32,000 nucleotides of DNA from Geobacter metallireducens GS-15 (GTDB lineage: Bacteria; Desulfobacterota; Desulfuromonadia; Geobacterales; Geobacteraceae). Under the pieces are notes generated by a model, which was given only the letters and a program-made list of their open reading frames with translations, searched no databases and was not told the DNA's origin. A program made the translations under genes and the position numbers. The stretch lies in the NCBI RefSeq assembly GCF_000012925.1, contig NC_007517.1:3060001-3092000 (forward strand), in the 5' to 3' direction. Below, one piece after another: positions 1 to 8,823 of this stretch; the stretch's first letter is position 1, and every line of letters starts with the position of its first letter.

Positions 1-1815
1 CCCTCCCAGGCCGGGAAAGCGACAGCACCGCAGACCGTGAGAATAGCCACCGAGAAACTCGACACCCTTCTCCACCAGACCGAAGGGATGCTGACGGCGA
101 AGCTGGCCGCGGCCCAAAGGGCGAAGGAGTTGCGTGGTGAACTCCAGGCGCTGGCCCTCTGGGAAAAGGAGTGGAAAAAGCTGCTGCCTTCATTGCGGCG
201 CCTGCGCAGGGAGCTGAAAAGCGGGGCGAACAGCGGGACCGCTTCGGAGGGAAGCGATGCGCCCACCAGGAAACTCCTCGAATTCCTCGACTGGAATCAG
301 GTGGTGGTCAAGATGACACGGTATCGGCTGAGCCGCCTGACCAGAGGGGCGGAGCACGACCTCATGCACCTGGGGGACATGGTGGAGAGCCTCCTGGGAG
401 ATGTGCGGGAGGCGCTGATGCTCCCCTTCTCGTCACTGCTGTCGCTCCTCCCGAAGCTCGTCCGCGACCTCTCCCGGGACCGGGGCAAGGAGGTGGAGCT
501 GGTCGTGGAGGGGGAGGCCATCGAGATCGACCGGCGGGTCCTGGAGGAGATGAAGGACCCCTTCGTGCACCTGGTACGGAACTGCATCGACCACGGCATC
601 GAACGCCCCGCGGAGCGGGAGCGGCAGGGGAAGCCCCCCCGCGGGAGGATCGCCATCACCGTCGCCCTCTCTGATAACAAGAGGGTCGAGATCGTCATTG
701 CCGACGACGGGGCCGGCATCAACGTCATCCGCCTTCAGGAAGCGGCCGTGAAGCTGGGCCTTGTCTCCCTGGAAGGGGCGGAACAGGATGAGGGACAGGA
801 TCCCCTCTCCCTCATCTTCGCCTCGGGACTGTCAACGAGCCCTGTCATCGACGACATCTCGGGGAGGGGGCTCGGCCTCGCCATCGTGCGGGATAAAGTG
901 GAGCGGCTCGGCGGAACCATCGCCGTCGAAAGCGAGGCGGGACTCGGGACCACCTTCCGCATCACCCTCCCCCTGACCCTCTCCACCTTCAGGGGGGTGC
1001 TGGTCCGGGCGGGCGGCCACCTCTTCGTGCTGCCGACCACCGACGTGGAGCGCGTGGCCCGGAAAGGGAGAACGGCCATCGCCACCGTTGAAAACCGGGA
1101 AACCATCGAACTGGACGGCCGAACTCTCTCCTTTGCCAGATTGAGCGACGTCCTGGAGCTTCCGCGCACGGAAAGGGGCGATGGAGACGGGGAGCACCTC
1201 TCCTTCTTCGTCCTCCCCACCGAGCACGGGGGAATCGCCTTCGGGGTGGACGAGGTCGTGGGGGAGCAGGAGGTGACGGTCAAGGGGCTCGGGCCTCAAC
1301 TGCGCCGCGTGCGCAACATTGCCGGCGCCACGGTTCTGGGGAGCGGCAAGGTGGCGCCGATCCTGAACAGCAGCGACCTGGTAAAGTCGGCGGTCAGGGT
1401 CGCCGGGGCAGGCACCGTCACCGGCTACGCACCTCCTGCGGAGGAAGCGGCTCCGCGCTCGATCTTGGTCGTAGAGGATTCGATCACCGCCCGGACGCTC
1501 CTGAAGAACATCCTGGAAGCGGCAGGCTACCGGGTAAAAACCGCCGTGGACGGTGTCGACGCCCTGACGCTGCTCGGCACCGAGGATTTCGACCTGGTGG
1601 TCTCCGACGTGGACATGCCGCGCATGAACGGCTTCGAGTTGACCGGAAGGATCCGTGAATCACGGCAGCTGGCCGAGCTGCCGGTGGTGCTGGTAACTTC
1701 CCTCGACTCCCGCGAGGACCGGGAACGGGGGGTCGATGCCGGGGCAAACGCCTATATCGTGAAGAGCAGTTTCGACCAGAGCAATCTGCTGGATGCCATA
1801 CGGAGGCTGATTTGA
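1..1815 (+). CDS. cheA: CheA-type chemosensory histidine kinase with fused C-terminal receiver (WspE-like hybrid); 5' end truncated by the window edge
   Basis: The frame is open from base 1, with no stop before the GTG at 37. It has a dimerisation-domain start (RIATEKLDTL), an N-box (HLVRNCIDHGIE), G-boxes (DDGAGI, GRGLGLAIV), a CheW-like P5 region and a C-terminal REC (LVVEDS..DLVVSDVDMPRMNG..K). No Hpt/P1 domain is present, so the start lies upstream of the window. Confidence 0.9.
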   Translation, partial: PSQAGKATAPQTVRIATEKLDTLLHQTEGMLTAKLAAAQRAKELRGELQALALWEKEWKKLLPSLRRLRRELKSGANSGTASEGSDAPTRKLLEFLDWNQVVVKMTRYRLSRLTRGAEHDLMHLGDMVESLLGDVREALMLPFSSLLSLLPKLVRDLSRDRGKEVELVVEGEAIEIDRRVLEEMKDPFVHLVRNCIDHGIERPAERERQGKPPRGRIAITVALSDNKRVEIVIADDGAGINVIRLQEAAVKLGLVSLEGAEQDEGQDPLSLIFASGLSTSPVIDDISGRGLGLAIVRDKVERLGGTIAVESEAGLGTTFRITLPLTLSTFRGVLVRAGGHLFVLPTTDVERVARKGRTAIATVENRETIELDGRTLSFARLSDVLELPRTERGDGDGEHLSFFVLPTEHGGIAFGVDEVVGEQEVTVKGLGPQLRRVRNIAGATVLGSGKVAPILNSSDLVKSAVRVAGAGTVTGYAPPAEEAAPRSILVVEDSITARTLLKNILEAAGYRVKTAVDGVDALTLLGTEDFDLVVSDVDMPRMNGFELTGRIRESRQLAELPVVLVTSLDSREDRERGVDAGANAYIVKSSFDQSNLLDAIRRLI

Positions 1816-1836
1816 GCTGTGGAGTAAGAGGCTGAG

Positions 1837-2880
1837 ATGGTGAAGGTTCTCATTGTGGACGACTCGGCGAGCGTGCGGCTGTTCCTTCAGGGGCTGCTCG
1901 CCGCCGACCCGGGGATAGAGGTGATCGGCACCGCGGCGGACGGGGATGAAGCTGTCGAAGCGGTGGCGCGGCTGAATCCCGACGTGGTAACCATGGACAT
2001 CTACATGCCGCGGATGAACGGCCTGCTCGCCACCCGCCGGATCATGGAAACCCACCCGGTCCCCATCGTCGTGGTGAGCGGAAACCTTGACGCCGAGGAA
2101 GTCGCCTCGACCTTCCGTGCCATAGAGGCGGGGGCCGTCACCGCCCTGCCGCGCCCCCAGGGCCCCGGCCATCCGAACCACGAGCGGGAAGCCAGGTCCT
2201 TCGTCCAGGCCGTGAAGCTGATGGCTGAAGTCAAGGTGATAAAGCGGTGGCCCCGACGCGACAACCCGGCCTCCCTCCCTTCTTTGCCATGCCAGGCGAT
2301 GGTTCCGGCGCGGCTCAAGGCGGTAGCCATCGGCGCTTCGACCGGCGGGCCCATGGTTCTCCAGACCATTCTTGCCGGTCTGCGAAGGGATTTCCCGCTG
2401 CCGGTCCTCATCGTCCAGCACATGGCCACGGGCTTCATCAAGGGATTTGTCGAGTGGCTCAACCTCACCTCGGCCCTGCCGGTGCACATTGCCGGCAACG
2501 GCGACCGACTCATCCCCGGCCACGCCTACGTGGCGCCGGACTGTTTTCACATGCTCGTGACCGAAGACGGAACTGCAATCGAGTTGCAGAACACCCCCCC
2601 GGAAAACGGCCTCCGACCATCGGTCTCTGCCCTCTTCCGCTCCGTGACGCAGGCTTTTGGCGCCCAGACGGTCGGTGTGCTCCTCACCGGCATGGGAAGC
2701 GACGGCGCCAGGGAACTGAAGCGCTTACGCGAGGCCGGAGCCGTCACCATCGTGCAGGACCGGGAAAGCTCCGTCATTCACGGAATGCCGGGCGAGGCCC
2801 TGAAACTGGGGGCAGCGACCCACACGCTCCCTCCCGACCGGATCGTGACCGCCCTTACCAGCCTGGCTATGGAGAAGTGA
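1837..2880 (+). CDS. cheB: Protein-glutamate methylesterase CheB (receiver + methylesterase domains)
   Basis: REC domain (VLIVDDS..VTMDIYMPRMNG) followed by a CheB catalytic domain (AIGASTGGP, VQHM, TGMGSDG). It starts 21 nt after the cheA stop, behind an AAGAGG RBS. Confidence 0.93.
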   Translation: MVKVLIVDDSASVRLFLQGLLAADPGIEVIGTAADGDEAVEAVARLNPDVVTMDIYMPRMNGLLATRRIMETHPVPIVVVSGNLDAEEVASTFRAIEAGAVTALPRPQGPGHPNHEREARSFVQAVKLMAEVKVIKRWPRRDNPASLPSLPCQAMVPARLKAVAIGASTGGPMVLQTILAGLRRDFPLPVLIVQHMATGFIKGFVEWLNLTSALPVHIAGNGDRLIPGHAYVAPDCFHMLVTEDGTAIELQNTPPENGLRPSVSALFRSVTQAFGAQTVGVLLTGMGSDGARELKRLREAGAVTIVQDRESSVIHGMPGEALKLGAATHTLPPDRIVTALTSLAMEK

Positions 2881-2881
2881 C

Positions 2882-4126
2882 ATGGGAGCAACCACGGAAC
2901 AAAGCAACGGCAACATCCTCATCATCGAAGACAGCCCCACCCAGTCAGCACAACTTCGCCACATCATGGAAACGAACGGCTACCACGTCATTTCGGCCTG
3001 CAACGGCAGGGAGGCCCTGGCGCTCCTTTCCGGGCAGACACCTTCTCTTATCATCAGCGACGTCATCATGCCGGGAATCGACGGCTATGAGCTGTGCCGC
3101 AGGATCAAGGAACGGGAAGATTCCAGGAACATACCCGTCATCCTCCTGACCTCCCTTTCCGATCCCCATGATGTCATCAGGGGGCTCGAGTGCGGCGCCG
3201 ACAATTTCATCACCAAGCCCTGCAACGAGAAGCACCTTCTCTCCCGTGTCAGCTACCTGCTGGAAAGCCGGAATCCATGCCAGATCGAAGCGCGATCAGG
3301 CCTTGAAATCCTCTTCGGCGGAGAACGCTACTGCATAACCGCGGACCGCAGGCAGATCCTCGACCTCCTCCTCTGCACCTACGAAACCGCCATTCAGAAG
3401 AATGACGCACTGATCAGGGCGCAGGACGAACTGAGCCGGCTCAACCAGCAACTCGAAACCACGAACCGTGAGCTGGAGGCATTCAACTACACGGTTTCCC
3501 ACGACCTCCGCTCCCCCCTGACAAACATCAGCGGCTACTGCCAGGTGCTTCAGGAACTCCACGGCGACACCCTTGATCCTACCTGCCAGGATTACATCCA
3601 GGAAATATATCGGGCGACCATGCGGATGAACGACCTGATCGGCGACCTGATGGAATTTTCGCGGCTGAACCACCAGGAACTGCAGCGGCAGGAGGTGAAT
3701 CTCAGCACCATGGCCCGCATCATTGCCGTGGAACTGAAATCGAAAGACAGGGAGCGGCGGGTCGAGTTCAGAATCGCCGATGGAATCGTCGGCAACGGGG
3801 ACTCGCGGCTGCTGCAACTGGTGCTGGTGAACCTCCTGGGGAATGCCTGGAAGTACACCGGCAAAAAGGAGAACGCCGTGATCGAGTTCGGCGTCACCAA
3901 TACTGAGGGGAAAGAGGTCTACTTCGTCCGCGACAACGGAGCAGGCTTCGACATGGCCGAGGCCCACCGCCTTTTCGGCACCTTTCAGCGCCTGCACAGC
4001 AAGCAGGAGTTCGAAGGAACCGGCATCGGCCTTGCCACGGTTCAGCGCATCATCCAGCGGCATGGGGGAAGTATCCGGGGCGAGGGAGAGGTCGGAAAGG
4101 GAGCAACCTTTTACTTCACGCTGTAA
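2882..4126 (+). CDS. Response-receiver / histidine kinase hybrid (REC-coiled coil-HisKA-HATPase_c)
   Basis: ATG lies 1 nt after the cheB stop. REC (ILIIEDS..LIISDVIMPGIDG..K), H-box SHDLRSPL, N-box LLGNAWKY, DNGAGF and GTGIGLA. Confidence 0.9.
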   Translation: MGATTEQSNGNILIIEDSPTQSAQLRHIMETNGYHVISACNGREALALLSGQTPSLIISDVIMPGIDGYELCRRIKEREDSRNIPVILLTSLSDPHDVIRGLECGADNFITKPCNEKHLLSRVSYLLESRNPCQIEARSGLEILFGGERYCITADRRQILDLLLCTYETAIQKNDALIRAQDELSRLNQQLETTNRELEAFNYTVSHDLRSPLTNISGYCQVLQELHGDTLDPTCQDYIQEIYRATMRMNDLIGDLMEFSRLNHQELQRQEVNLSTMARIIAVELKSKDRERRVEFRIADGIVGNGDSRLLQLVLVNLLGNAWKYTGKKENAVIEFGVTNTEGKEVYFVRDNGAGFDMAEAHRLFGTFQRLHSKQEFEGTGIGLATVQRIIQRHGGSIRGEGEVGKGATFYFTL

Positions 4127-5500
4127 TTACTTGATCCCCCCCGCCACCTTCTGCAGCACCTCCCAGCTCTTCAGGAGATCCAGGGCACGGGCGAGCTGAA
4201 AGTCCTTCTTCGCATCATCCTCCGGCCCAACGGCGTGCCGTGCGGGTTGCCCCTTTTTCCCACTCTCCTCGTTCTTTTCAATCGGCCCCTTTGCGGGAAC
4301 CGCGTCCTTCCCTCCCCCCAGGTGATTGTCCAGATCCTTCTCGTGGAAGTCCTCCCGCCTGTCCTTGGTCACGCTCTTCAGTTCGGCATTCTCCACGATG
4401 ACGTCGGGTATGATTCCCCTAGCCTGGATGGAGCGCCCCTTGGGAGTGTAGTAGAGGGCCGTGGTGAGCTTGAGCCCGGCGCCGTCCTTCATGGGGATTA
4501 CGGTCTGGACCGACCCCTTGCCGAAGCTGGGGGTTCCCATGATGACAGCCCGGCCATAGTCCTGCAGCGCGCCGGCCACGATCTCCGAGGCACTGGCGCT
4601 GCCGCTGTTGATGAGCACCACCAGGGGATACGGGGGTTCCTTCTCGCCGACGGTGGCACTGAAACGCCGCTTGGCGAACTCCTCGCGCCCCTCGGTGTAG
4701 ACGATGAGGCCATTGTCGAGCCGCTCACCCACGAAGCGGCCGGCCACCGCCACCGCCACCTCCAGAAGCCCGCCGGGGTTGTTGCGCAGGTCGAGCACGA
4801 GCCCCTTGAGAGTACCGCCGTTCTCGGCCCTGAGGTTCCGCAGGGCATTGGCGAAATCCTCTCCGGTCCGCTCCTGGAAGTGGCTGATCCGCACATAGCC
4901 GTACCCGGGCTCCAGGCTCCTGGCCTTGAGGCTCTTGGTCTGGATAATGTCCCGCACGAGGGGAAACTCCCGGGGCTCCGTTTCGCCATTGCGCAGGATC
5001 GTGAGAGTCACCTTCGTCCCCCGCTCCCCCCGCATTTTTTTCACCGCCTGAACGATGGTGAGGTCGCGGGTGGGGGTGCCGTCGATCTTCCAGATATGGT
5101 CTCCGGCCTTGATGCCGGCCCGCCAGGCGGGGGTATCCTCAATGGGTGAAATAACCGTGAGCTTTCCCTCCTTCAGGGCAATCTCGATACCGAGGCCGCC
5201 GAAAGAGCCGGATATCTCCACCTTCATCTCCGAGAACGGCTCGGGAGGTAGATAGGCACTGTGGGGATCGAGGGCGGCGAGCATCCCGTTGACGGCCCCT
5301 TCCAGAAGCTTCTTCCGGTCCACCCTCTCCACGTAGTTCTCTTCCACTTGGCGGAGCACTTCGGCCAAAAGCTTCAGGGAAGCCACCCCTTCACGGTCGG
5401 GGGCGGTTGCGGCAAGCCGCCAGAGGGTGGCACCGCCGAAGGCGAGGCAGGCAATCACAGCCATGAGTCCCAGGGTAATCTTCGTTCTCGTCTGCACCAT
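4127..5500 (-). CDS. ctpA: Carboxy-terminal processing protease, S41 family, with PDZ domain
   Basis: N-terminal membrane anchor, PDZ domain (GLGIEI.., AGIKAGDHIWKIDG), catalytic Ser region (NSGSASASEI) and Lys region (SFGKGSVQ). I trimmed the ORF-track start (5560) to the ATG at 5500 (MVQTRTKITLG..), just before the hydrophobic segment. The start is uncertain. Confidence 0.88.
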   Translation of the reverse strand: MVQTRTKITLGLMAVIACLAFGGATLWRLAATAPDREGVASLKLLAEVLRQVEENYVERVDRKKLLEGAVNGMLAALDPHSAYLPPEPFSEMKVEISGSFGGLGIEIALKEGKLTVISPIEDTPAWRAGIKAGDHIWKIDGTPTRDLTIVQAVKKMRGERGTKVTLTILRNGETEPREFPLVRDIIQTKSLKARSLEPGYGYVRISHFQERTGEDFANALRNLRAENGGTLKGLVLDLRNNPGGLLEVAVAVAGRFVGERLDNGLIVYTEGREEFAKRRFSATVGEKEPPYPLVVLINSGSASASEIVAGALQDYGRAVIMGTPSFGKGSVQTVIPMKDGAGLKLTTALYYTPKGRSIQARGIIPDVIVENAELKSVTKDRREDFHEKDLDNHLGGGKDAVPAKGPIEKNEESGKKGQPARHAVGPEDDAKKDFQLARALDLLKSWEVLQKVAGGIK

Positions 5501-5695
5501 CGAATCTCCATCCGTCGGCGGCACCGGCTGCCAGCTGCGGCCGAACCGGCATAATGACACCTACTGTAGTGCCCCGGTCTTCTCTTGTCAATCGCCGGGA
5601 CCGGAGACGGAAGAAATTCGGCAGAGGCAACCGAAGGCGCCATCCCTCAAGAAATTCAGCCGGTTGCGCGACACTCTCATTAATCAATGAAACCC

Positions 5696-5724
5696 TTGAC
5701 AAATCAACATACTGTGCGTTTCAA
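5696..5724 (+). promoter_or_regulatory. Candidate sigma-70 promoter for the HD-GYP gene
   Basis: TTGACA (5696-5701), then a 17-18 nt spacer, then TTTCAAT. It ends about 30 nt upstream of the ATG at 5755. This is a pattern match only. Confidence 0.35.
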
Positions 5725-5754
5725 TAGCCCCATGAATATATCAGGGACCCTTCC

Positions 5755-6711
5755 ATGAAAAGCCGTTTCTACAGACCCCTTTCCCTCGCATCCGTCTCAC
5801 CCTCCTACTTCCCGGAAATCGCCCTCTACGTCAGGAACAGCGGCAATTACATCCTGTACAAGAACCATGACCGGCAGTTCACGGAGGAGGACCGGCACCG
5901 GCTCGAACGGACCAACACCTCATTCCTCTACGTGAGAAGCGGCGACATGGACGCGGTGACCGAATACCTTGAACAGAACCTGGACACCCTCCTGGCGCGG
6001 GACGACATCGACAGCAACGCCAAGGGGACCATCCTCTACCAGACCGCCGCCAACTACGTCACTGACGTCTTTGATGAACCGGGCAAGACCGCGGATATCA
6101 TCCGCTGCCGGAGCCTGATCCGCCACCTCATGAAGTACGTGGCGGGGCACGAAGACGCCCTGAAGGCGCTCCAGGCCATCACGTCCCAGAACTACTACAT
6201 CTTCACCCACAGCGTCCAGGTGGCCGCCCTGATGATGCTGGTCCACGACCGGCTTTTCCGCTTGAACCAGGACGAAATGATTGACGTGGGGATCGGCTCC
6301 CTCCTCCACGACGTGGGAATGGTCTTCTTGTCCGGCCAACTCCTCGACAAACCGGACGCCCTGGCCGCTATCGAGTACCACAAGGCGAAGCAGCATGCCC
6401 AGAAGGGATACGAGCATCTGCAAAGCGCCGGCACCCTGAGCGAGGTTTCGCTGACCATCGTGCGGCACCATCACGAAAAATACGACGGGAGCGGCTACCC
6501 CGCCGGCCTCAAGGGGGACGACATCCCCCGCAGCGCCCAACTGGCGGCCCTCTGCGACACCTACTGCGCCATGACCACCGACCGTCCCAAGCACACCGCC
6601 CTCCCCGGCGCGGAAGCCCTCCGGATCATGGAAGACGAGGTGGGAGGCGCTTTCAGCCCGGATTTGTTCTATCGTTTTGCGGACGTGGTCAAAGGGAAAG
6701 GTAAAGCCTGA
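5755..6711 (+). CDS. HD-GYP domain protein (putative c-di-GMP phosphodiesterase) with an uncharacterised N-terminal domain
   Basis: HD motif (GSLLHDVGM) and HHEKYDGSGYP, the hallmark of HD-GYP. No receiver domain is present. Confidence 0.88.
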   Translation: MKSRFYRPLSLASVSPSYFPEIALYVRNSGNYILYKNHDRQFTEEDRHRLERTNTSFLYVRSGDMDAVTEYLEQNLDTLLARDDIDSNAKGTILYQTAANYVTDVFDEPGKTADIIRCRSLIRHLMKYVAGHEDALKALQAITSQNYYIFTHSVQVAALMMLVHDRLFRLNQDEMIDVGIGSLLHDVGMVFLSGQLLDKPDALAAIEYHKAKQHAQKGYEHLQSAGTLSEVSLTIVRHHHEKYDGSGYPAGLKGDDIPRSAQLAALCDTYCAMTTDRPKHTALPGAEALRIMEDEVGGAFSPDLFYRFADVVKGKGKA

Positions 6712-6763
6712 GGGAATCCTCCGAGACTGCCACACGCGACAGCACCATGACTCTCCAAAACTT

Positions 6764-6790
6764 AAAGGCCCGCACTTGGCGGGCCTTTTT
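6764..6790. terminator. Bidirectional rho-independent terminator between the convergent HD-GYP and permease genes
   Basis: AAA-GGCCCGC-acttg-GCGGGCC-TTTTT. The GC-rich 7-bp stem is flanked by an A-run and a T-run. Confidence 0.75.
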
Positions 6791-6801
6791 GCGTTGTCTG
6801 T

Positions 6802-8112
6802 TCACATCTTAGGAAAGAACACAAAGAGCGACACCGCCAGGAGCGCCAGCACCCACATGCCGGCCGGCACCTCGCGCCCCCGGCCGGCTGCGGCCTTGAG
6901 GAGCGGATAGGTGAGGAGCCCCGTGCTCATGCCGACGCCGATGTTGTAGGTGAAAATCATGAGGACGATGGTGAGGAAGGCGGGAACCAGCTCGGTGAAG
7001 TCGTCGAATGCGATCCGCTTGATGGGCTCGATCATGAAGGAGCCGATGACGATGAGGGCAATGCCGTAGGCGTGGGAGGGGACGATGGTGAACAGCGGAG
7101 CGAAGAAGAGGGCCAGGAGGAAGAGCCCCGCCACGACGAGGGCCGTGAAACCGGTGCGCCCCCCCTCCTCGATGCCGGCGGCCGACTCGATGTAGGCGCC
7201 GGTGGTGGTGGTTCCCAAAAGCGGCGCCACGGTGGTGGCCAAGGCGTCGGCCAGCATCGGCTTCTCGATCTCGGGGAGGTTCCCGTGCTCGTCCAGGAGG
7301 TCGGCCCGCATGGAGAGGCCGATGAGGGTCCCCACCGTGTCCAGGAACGCCATGATGAAAATGGTGAGGACCACCGGAAAGAAACGGATCTCGAAGACGC
7401 TCCCGATATCCAGCTGGAAGAGGATCGGCGAGATGTCGGGGGGGAGGCTCACGAACTCCTTCGGCATGGGGGTCACGCCAAAGGCGATGGAGAGGGTTGT
7501 GGTGGCCACGATGCCGATCACAATGGCCCCGCGGACCTGCCGCGTCATAAGGAAGACGGTAAGAAGGTAGCCGAAGACCGCCAGGAGCACCGACGGCGCG
7601 GCAATGTTCCCCATCTTCACCGGCGCCCCGGCAACCCCCAGGGTGACGAGGCCGGTCTCATTGAGGCCGATGAAGGTGAGGAAGAGGCCTATCCCCACGG
7701 CAAAGGCGCACTTGAGGGAGAGGGGGATCGCCTCCGCCAGCCAGCTCCGGACCCTGAAGACCGTGAGGATGGAAAAGACGATGCCGGCCACGAAGACCGC
7801 GCCCATGGCCGTCTGCCAGGTATAACCGAGGGTCTTCACCACCGTGAAGGCGACAAAGGCGTTCTCGCTCATGTAGGGGGCGATGGCGAAGGGTCGGTTG
7901 GCCCACAGCGCCATGACCACGCAGCCGAAGACCGCGGCCAGGATGGTGGCCGTGGTCTGGGGCCCCCGCGGGATCCCCCCCGCCTCCAGTATGGCCGGGT
8001 TCACGATGATGATGTAGGCCATGGTCAGGAACGTGGTGATCCCGGCCACGGTCTCCTTCCGGAAGCTGGTACGGTAGTGGTCGAAACGGAAGAACGAAGC
8101 GATAGTTTTCAT
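6802..8112 (-). CDS. NCS2/AzgA-family purine (adenine/guanine/hypoxanthine) permease
   Basis: The N-terminus MKTIASFFRFDHYRTSFRKETVAGITTFLTMAYIIIVNP matches the PbuG/GhxP-type start, and the protein is polytopic throughout. I moved the start to the ATG at 8112 because the 16 extra codons in the ORF track run into the REP palindrome. No clear SD is visible. Confidence 0.87.
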   Translation of the reverse strand: MKTIASFFRFDHYRTSFRKETVAGITTFLTMAYIIIVNPAILEAGGIPRGPQTTATILAAVFGCVVMALWANRPFAIAPYMSENAFVAFTVVKTLGYTWQTAMGAVFVAGIVFSILTVFRVRSWLAEAIPLSLKCAFAVGIGLFLTFIGLNETGLVTLGVAGAPVKMGNIAAPSVLLAVFGYLLTVFLMTRQVRGAIVIGIVATTTLSIAFGVTPMPKEFVSLPPDISPILFQLDIGSVFEIRFFPVVLTIFIMAFLDTVGTLIGLSMRADLLDEHGNLPEIEKPMLADALATTVAPLLGTTTTGAYIESAAGIEEGGRTGFTALVVAGLFLLALFFAPLFTIVPSHAYGIALIVIGSFMIEPIKRIAFDDFTELVPAFLTIVLMIFTYNIGVGMSTGLLTYPLLKAAAGRGREVPAGMWVLALLAVSLFVFFPKM

Positions 8113-8136
8113 GTATGAAAAAAACCCCGAACAATT

Positions 8137-8195
8137 CCCCTCACCCGGCCTTGCGGCCACCCTCTCCCCCGGGGAGAGGGGTTGGGGGTGAGGGG
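8137..8195 (+). repeat. REP-like nested palindromic intergenic element, copy 1
   Basis: CCCCTCACCCggccttgcggccaCCCTCTCCcccggGGAGAGGGgttgGGGTGAGGGG. The outer 10-bp arms and the inner CCCTCTCC/GGAGAGGG arms are both complementary. The first ~45 nt are shared with the copies at 15683 and 29535 (reverse orientation). Confidence 0.8.
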
Positions 8196-8208
8196 CCGGT
8201 GCCGCGTT

Positions 8209-8766
8209 TCAGTACCCCTTGAGAGCGAAAATCCCCGGTGCGTTCCGCCAATACCCCTTGTAGTCCATGCCGAAGCCGAAGAGATAGCGATCCGGCGTCC
8301 TGAGCCCCACGAACTCGGGGACCAGGTCGGGACGGGCCTTGCGGTCATGCTCCTTGTCGATCAGCACGGCCGTCAGCACCTCCTTCGCCTCCATGCCCCG
8401 GCACCAGTCGGCAATGGCGCCCAGGGTCTCCCCCTCGTCCAGGATGTCGTCGATGATGAGGACGGTGCGGTCCTTCAGTTCCTTGGTCGGCCGCACCTTC
8501 CAGTCGAGGACGGTGCCGTAGAGCTTGTGGCCGTAACGGGTGGCGTGGAGGTACTCCGCCTCCAGGGGGAATTCCAGCTTCGGCAGGAGTTTGCCGGTAA
8601 CGATGATCCCCCCCTTCATGACGCAGAAGACGACGGGGTTGGCATCGGCCAGCCGTGCGGTGATCTCCCGCGCCATCCGGTCGATGGTCTCTTCAACCTG
8701 GGGAGCGGTGTAGAGACAGTCGGCCTCCGCGTAGACTTGTTTTACCTCGTCGAGGGTGACGGACAT
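8209..8766 (-). CDS. hpt: Hypoxanthine-guanine phosphoribosyltransferase-like PRTase
   Basis: PRPP-binding motif VLIIDDILDEGETL and a ~185-aa type-I PRTase layout. It sits upstream of a purine permease on the same strand. Confidence 0.82.
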   Translation of the reverse strand: MSVTLDEVKQVYAEADCLYTAPQVEETIDRMAREITARLADANPVVFCVMKGGIIVTGKLLPKLEFPLEAEYLHATRYGHKLYGTVLDWKVRPTKELKDRTVLIIDDILDEGETLGAIADWCRGMEAKEVLTAVLIDKEHDRKARPDLVPEFVGLRTPDRYLFGFGMDYKGYWRNAPGIFALKGY

Positions 8767-8823
8767 GGGAACCTCCGGGCGTTGAAAATAGTGGAAATGA
8801 AAATTTCGCTCAGAAACAAATAC

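Noticed and set aside
8113-8160. N-terminal extensions offered by the ORF track: permease to 8160, ctpA to 5560, FGE protein to 11612, cyclophilin to 16394, OmpA-like protein to 23065, and maturase to 30895.
   Set aside because: The extensions run into REP elements, intergenic DNA or the neighbouring short ORF, and they lack an RBS. Internal ATGs with good SD sequences give N-termini that match the expected family starts or signal peptides.
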